Shown here: positions 49,305-54,336 of the stretch, one piece after another
Position numbering within the stretch: the first letter of the stretch is position 1
How the letters are laid out: every line of letters starts with the position of its first letter
Source of the DNA: Octopus bimaculoides
Taxonomy: Eukaryota
Direction of reading: 5' to 3'
DNA: 54,336 bases
Assembly: GCF_001194135.2 (NCBI RefSeq)
Contig: NC_068992.1
Location: forward strand, 40,824,335 to 40,878,670
Made by a program: the position numbers and the translations under genes
Notes under the pieces: generated by a model
What the model saw: the letters and a program-made list of their open reading frames with translations, nothing else
Databases searched by the model: none
What the model was told of the DNA's origin: nothing

Positions 49305-49485
49305 GATGGTGCAAGCTGGCACAATCGTTAGAGCGTCGGAAGACATGCTTTGCGATATTTTTTCATATGTTGTATTTTCAAACCTCGGTGAAGTTAACAT
49401 TATCTTTCATGCCTCCAGGGTCGATAAAATAAAATACCAGTAAAATCCTGGCGTCGATGGTCGCGTGCCTAAATTAGAAACCGTT
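49305..49485 (+). mobile_element. SINE-A, degraded
   Basis: gcaagctggcacaatcgttag head, gggtcgataaaataaaataccag centre; follows a TTA/GTT array. Confidence 0.7.
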
Positions 49486-49529
49486 ACCATAGTGTTAATA
49501 CTAAATTATTTCAGTATCTTGGACCTTGA

Positions 49530-49795
49530 AAGACGGTTCTGGAATTTCTTGCTTAAAGACCGGTACAAATGATTTCGTTTATAGGGATCAAATATTCCTG
49601 CTGCTGACACATAAGCTCACACCCTCCATCAAATCGACATTGCGGGAACGGGTGCATGGTGTACCATGGGTCAGGTGTCGAAGGGATCGCAGAGCAAGTA
49701 TTTTTGATGAAGAACACAACGAACTGCCCAATCCAGAAATCGAAACCACTATCTGGTTATCATTAGAGCAACACCCTAGGTCATGTGCCTTCACG
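49530..49795 (-). mobile_element. SINE with a C1-like head and another tail
   Basis: Minus strand gtgaaggcacatgacctag...gtggtttcgatttctgg...gttgtgttcttc. Confidence 0.5.
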
Positions 49796-49841
49796 CACAT
49801 ACTTATACATACATACACGCACATACACACACAATCATATT

Positions 49842-50074
49842 TAGGCGGCGAGCTGGCAGAAACGTTAGCATTCCGGGCGAAATGCTTAGCGGTATTTCGT
49901 CTGCCGCTACGTTCTGAGTTCAAATTCCGCCGAGGTCGACTTTGCCTTTCATCCTTTCGGGGTCGATTAAATAAGTACCAGTTACGCACTGGGGTCGGTA
50001 TAATCGACTTAATCCGTTTGTCTGTCCTTGTTTGTCCCCTCTGTGTGTAGCCCCTTGTGGGTAGTAAAGAAATA
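49842..50074 (+). mobile_element. SINE family A, alternative-tail subfamily
   Basis: TSD acacacaat(c/t)atat at 49827-49840 and 50075-50088; tail aatccgtttgtctgtccttgtttgtcccctc...gtagtaaagaaata. Confidence 0.92.
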
Positions 50075-51045
50075 ACACACAATTATATATATGCACATAC
50101 TCATGCAGACGTTTATGGATTTATGTATATAAGACACTTAAAATATCAGATTTCAAAACTGTGGTTATACTTTTAATGGTGTCAAACCCCAAACAAAATA
50201 CAGAAGTTATTTCTTTAATCTCTTGTTTGTCTTCTCTGGAGGTATGTAAAAAATTAAGTCACATCTAGATTATAGGATCATGACAAATACGTTTTCTACC
50301 CTTTGCCAACAAATTAGCCTCTCCTCAGTGATAGTGACTGACCAGAAGTTGTCATTTTAAGGGATAATCGCTTCCGGTAGAACTTCGTATTATATCTCAG
50401 CAGATACTTATGATTTCTCGCCTGCCATACAGTCAAATCTAAATAATTCATTTCTTTACTTTGCCCTATATATATATATATATATATATATNNNNNNNNN
50501 NNNNNNNNNNNNNNNNNNNNNNNNNNNNNNNNNNNNNNNNNNNNNNNNNNNNNNNNNNNNNNNNNNNNNNNNNNNNNNNNNNNNNNNNNNNNNNNNNNNN
50601 NNNNNNNNNNNNNNNNNNNNNNNNNNNNNNNNNNNNNNNNNNNNNNNNNNNNNNNNNNNNNNNNNNNNNNNNNNNNNNNNNNNNNNNNNNNNNNNNNNNN
50701 NNNNNNNNNNNNNNNNNNNNNNNNNNNNNNNNNNNNNNNNNNNNNNNNNNNNNNNNNNNNNNNNNNNNNNNNNNNNNNNNNNNNNNNNNNNNNNNNNNNN
50801 NNNNNNNNNNNNNNNNNNNNNNNNNNNNNNNNNNNNNNNNNNNNNNNNNNNNNNNNNNNNNNNNNNNNNNNNNNNNNNNNNNNNNNNNNNNNNNNNNNNN
50901 NNNNNNNNNNNNNNNNNNNNNNNNNNNNNNNNNNNNNNNNNNNNNNNNNNNNNNNNNNNNNNNNNNNNNNNNNNNNNNNNNNNNNNNNNNNNNNNNNNNN
51001 NNNNNNNNNNNNNNNNNNNNNNNNNNNNNNNNNNNNNNNNNNNNN

Positions 51046-51089
<44 letters not shown>

Positions 51090-51539
51090 ATATATATATA
51101 GAAATATATACATACACCCGCACACACTCACACATATACTTCTTATTCTGCATAGAATCATATACATGAGGCTTTGATTAAGTGAATCAAGAGGTCTACA
51201 TAAAAACATTCGCGTTTTCCAAACTTAACAAAACTATAAATATTTACAAGAATTTAAAGAATTAACAGAGGAATCCGAATATTTTATTTTGAATTTTGAA
51301 ACAAATTATTATCGCATGAATGTCACTATTGTGCCTTCCTTCGTATTGGAGCTTGGAATTAATAGAACAACACCCAGTTCTCTATGTATTCCATATGCAA
51401 CCAATTTGGAATTTGTTTCGGTGCCTGAAAATAATTTATGGTTCATCAAAGAATTTTTGTATGTTTGTCTGACCAAACATAAATTTGGAAAATTTTTTTT
51501 TACGCTTGTCTTTTTTTACCTGTTTTTTTTTTTAAATCA

Positions 51540-51770
51540 TTTTCTTTTGTATTACTTCTTTCATTCATAGGACGGCGGTCATGCTGGGGCACCACCTTGA
51601 CGAGATTAGACGAACAAATCGACTACAGTACTTCTTTCCTTATTTATTTTCAAGTCTAGGGCTTATTTTATCGGTTTCCTTAATCGAATCGTTAAATTAC
51701 GGGGACGTAAACAAACCAACACTGACTATCATGTGACAGTGGGAAAGAGTAACAGACACACACGCACACA
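51540..51770 (-). mobile_element. SINE family B 3' half
   Basis: gcggtcatgctggggcaccaccttg...cgaacaaatcgac...ttacggggacgtaaacaaaccaacac. Confidence 0.8.
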
Positions 51771-51861
51771 AACGTATATGTATGTACACACACATATATA
51801 TACATGCATATTATATATATATATACATGTATATTATGTATATATATATACATATTTATTT

Positions 51862-52215
51862 TTAAAATTTATTTATGGATTTCAGCCAAGTGGCTGTGGT
51901 CATGCTGGAGCACCACCGTGACTTTCCGTCTTTATGCTGTCCTCTCTTCACGTTCCTTGCATGGCTCTTCTCCTCCACCTGTCTTGAAGACCTCTATATC
52001 CATGTCTTGCAGGTCTCTCAAATGTTTTGGCAGGGCATTAAAGAGCTGAGGTCCTCTGAAACCGAGGCTGTTGCAGTACCTTGTTCATATGTGAGATGCA
52101 GTGGACGGTACCCTTGGTACCATGCAGTAGCGACCTGTGCGGGCATTCTTGGAGTACTTGATGCCAAAGTTTGGTACCAGTCCTTCCAGTATTTTCCATA
52201 TGTATATTATTACAT
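51862..52215 (-). mobile_element. CR1-group LINE 3' end
   Basis: YIWKILEGLVPNFGIKYSKNARTGRYCMVP...YCNSLGFRGPQLFNALPKHLRDLQDMDIEVFK, followed by a short 3' UTR. Confidence 0.75.
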
Positions 52216-52264
52216 ATCTTATTACATATATTATTACATATTTTCCATATGTATATTATTATTA

Positions 52265-53480
52265 CACGTGTTGGACAAAATAATGGAAACACCTTAAAAT
52301 TTCAAACAAATTTATTTTAACATGGGTAGGAACACCTTTGGCAGTAATTACAGCTTGAATTCTACAAGGTATGAACTCGTACAAAGTTTGAATTGTTTCC
52401 AAAGGAATTTTTGTCCATTCTTCAGTTAAAACAGTCTCCAGTTCTTGTAGTGATGATGGTGGAGGATATCAACTCCATACCTGTTTTTCTAAAATGCACC
52501 ATAAATGTTCAATAATATTGAGATATGGGGATTGTGATAGCCAGATAAGATGTTCAACCTCACTAGAATGTTCCTCGTGCCATTCAGTAACAACTTTAGC
52601 TGTGTGAATTGATGCATTATCATCCTGAAAGATTGCGTTTCCCTCCGGAAACAGTTCCGCAACCATAGGATGAATTTGATCAGATAAGATTCTTAGATAG
52701 TCTTGACTATTAATTCTGCCATGAAGGGAAACCACTGGGCCGGCGGATTTCCAAGATATAGCTCCCACTCCAGATCATCACAGATCCTCCTCCATGTTTA
52801 ACAGTTGGAAGAAGGCAGTCTGGGTCAAATGCTTCCTTTGGTTGTCTCTACACGTATACTCGGCCGGTGGTCGGAAATAAAGTAAAGGATGACTCGTCCG
52901 AGAAAATAACATTCTTCCACTGCTCTAGGGACCAATTCTGTAGGTTTTTACTTCACTCTAAACGCTTTGCAACGTTTGATTTTGAATGNNNNNNNNNNNN
53001 NNNNNNNNNNNNNNNNNNNNNNNNNNNNNNNNNNNNNNNNNNNNNNNNNNNNNNNNNNNNNNNNNNNNNNNNNNNNNNNNNNNNNNNNNNNNNNNNNNNN
53101 NNNNNNNNNNNNNNNNNNNNNNNNNNNNNNNNNNNNNNNNNNNNNNNNNNNNNNNNNNNNNNNNNNNNNNNNNNNNNNNNNNNNNNNNNNNNNNNNNNNN
53201 NNNNNNNNNNNNNNNNNNNNNNNNNNNNNNNNNNNNNNNNNNNNNNNNNNNTTGATACACCAAACATTTCGGCTGTTTCGTTACGCTAGCGCCTGCCTTA
53301 CGAGCGCCAACAATTTGACCTCTTTGAAAGTCCGACAGATCTGTCATTTTAATGAATTTTAATTACCTTTTTCTGATGATATCTGAAAGGAAACAGCAAT
53401 TTTAGCAAAATATATTAAGCAACACTAATGATAAACCAAAAAAACATAAAAATAAACAAGTTTTGACGGTTTTATAGATA
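52265..53480 (-). mobile_element. Tc1-family (DD34E-type) transposon remnant, gap inside
   Basis: MTDLSDFQRGQIVGAR; IFQDDNASIHTA...QSPYLNIIEHLWCILE; one terminus TA|CACGTGTTGGACAAAATAATGGAAACACC at 52263; the other TIR was not found. Confidence 0.85.
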
Positions 53481-53600
53481 CTTCAAAATTATGATGCTAT
53501 GCGAATTTTAAGATAAAAAGATTTTGACAACTCTATAACGTTTCTCTTTCTACACAATCATACCATCAACCAACAGTTCAATTCATTATCAAAATGTCTG

Positions 53601-53806
53601 AAGGCGGCGAGCTCGCAGAATCGACGGGCGAAATGCTTAGCGACATTTCACTCGTCCTTACGGTCTGAGTTAAAATTCCGCTGAGGTGGACTTTGCCTTT
53701 CATCCTTTCGGGGTCGATAAAATAAGTACCAGTCGAGAACATGGGTCGATGTAATCGACCATCTCCCTCCTCCAAATTTCAGGCCTTGTGCCTATAGTAG
53801 AAAGGG
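53601..53806 (+). mobile_element. SINE family A
   Basis: Approximate TSD ttat(c/t)aaaatgt(c/a)t; complete head and tail. Confidence 0.9.
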
Positions 53807-54299
53807 TTATTAAAATGTATACCAAACAAAGCCCCGACTCTTTTATTAGTTCTCTACTTACAGGGCAAATTATACTGTTTGCGAATAACGCTTATTGAAT
53901 TACACGCAAATTTATAAGACAAATAACATAAATCATATAGGTTTTGTGGGTTAAATTTGTTCTAACAATTATTTTCTTTTGGGAGTTCCTTAACAAGTGA
54001 TATTATCAAAATAACCCCAATTATCTAAATATCAATTAAAGGTTACCATTAATAAAATAGAAACGTAAGCAAACGCAAAAATTCCAACCCCACAACAAAA
54101 CAAGTAACACGACCCGCATAACATATTTGAACTAAGGTGGTAATTAATCACAATTGAAAACAATTCATTTCCATTACACACACACATACATACACACACG
54201 CACACACACAGAAAACACGCGCGCGCGCACACACACAAATGTATATGTATGTGTGCGTGTATATATAAGTATATATAATTATACCTGTTTATATGTATG

Positions 54300-54336
<37 letters not shown>

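Noticed and set aside
54047-54119. Signal-peptide-like MRVVLLVLLWGWNFCVCLRFYFIN with donor G|GTAACC on the minus strand
   Set aside because: GT-rich DNA yields hydrophobic peptides by chance; it ends in phase 1 while the downstream exons start in phase 0. Worth a glance only if RNA-seq covers it

Overview
AT-rich animal genomic DNA dense in microsatellites and SINEs, with 12 N-gaps (about 5.7 kb). The repeat families look like those of octopus/coleoid cephalopods (inference from recalled families, no search run). Almost every ORF in the supplied track is a microsatellite or N-gap artefact. The main host feature is absent from that track: three spliced minus-strand exons (23283-23407, 21654-21723, 15745-15841) with canonical splice sites and matching phases, encoding a thrombospondin type-1 repeat and the start of an ADAMTS-type cysteine-rich module (ADAMTS/ADAMTSL/papilin superfamily). 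The rest of the window is probably intronic or flanking. Mobile DNA: about 33 copies of a tRNA-derived SINE (family A), several CORE-type SINE families with swapped heads and tails, three lineages of R4/Dong-like non-LTR elements in (TAA)n or (TACA)n arrays, an unclassified TAA-flanked non-autonomous element (X, two copies), a full-length dead Chapaev-type transposon, two Tc1 remnants, a DD37D/maT remnant, a Helentron-type non-autonomous element, RTE and CR1-like LINE ends, and two Penelope-type minimal hammerhead motifs. No CRISPR array, rRNA or true tRNA gene is supported. I see no evidence for a wholly new gene system. The best novelty candidates are the strand-polarised microsatellite landing pad (element X, R4/Dong elements, SINE-A), the putative (TACA)n-targeting R4/Dong lineage and a candidate distal-branch-point exon. 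All alignments, translations and counts were done by hand; repeat boundaries are approximate unless a TSD or TIR is quoted.
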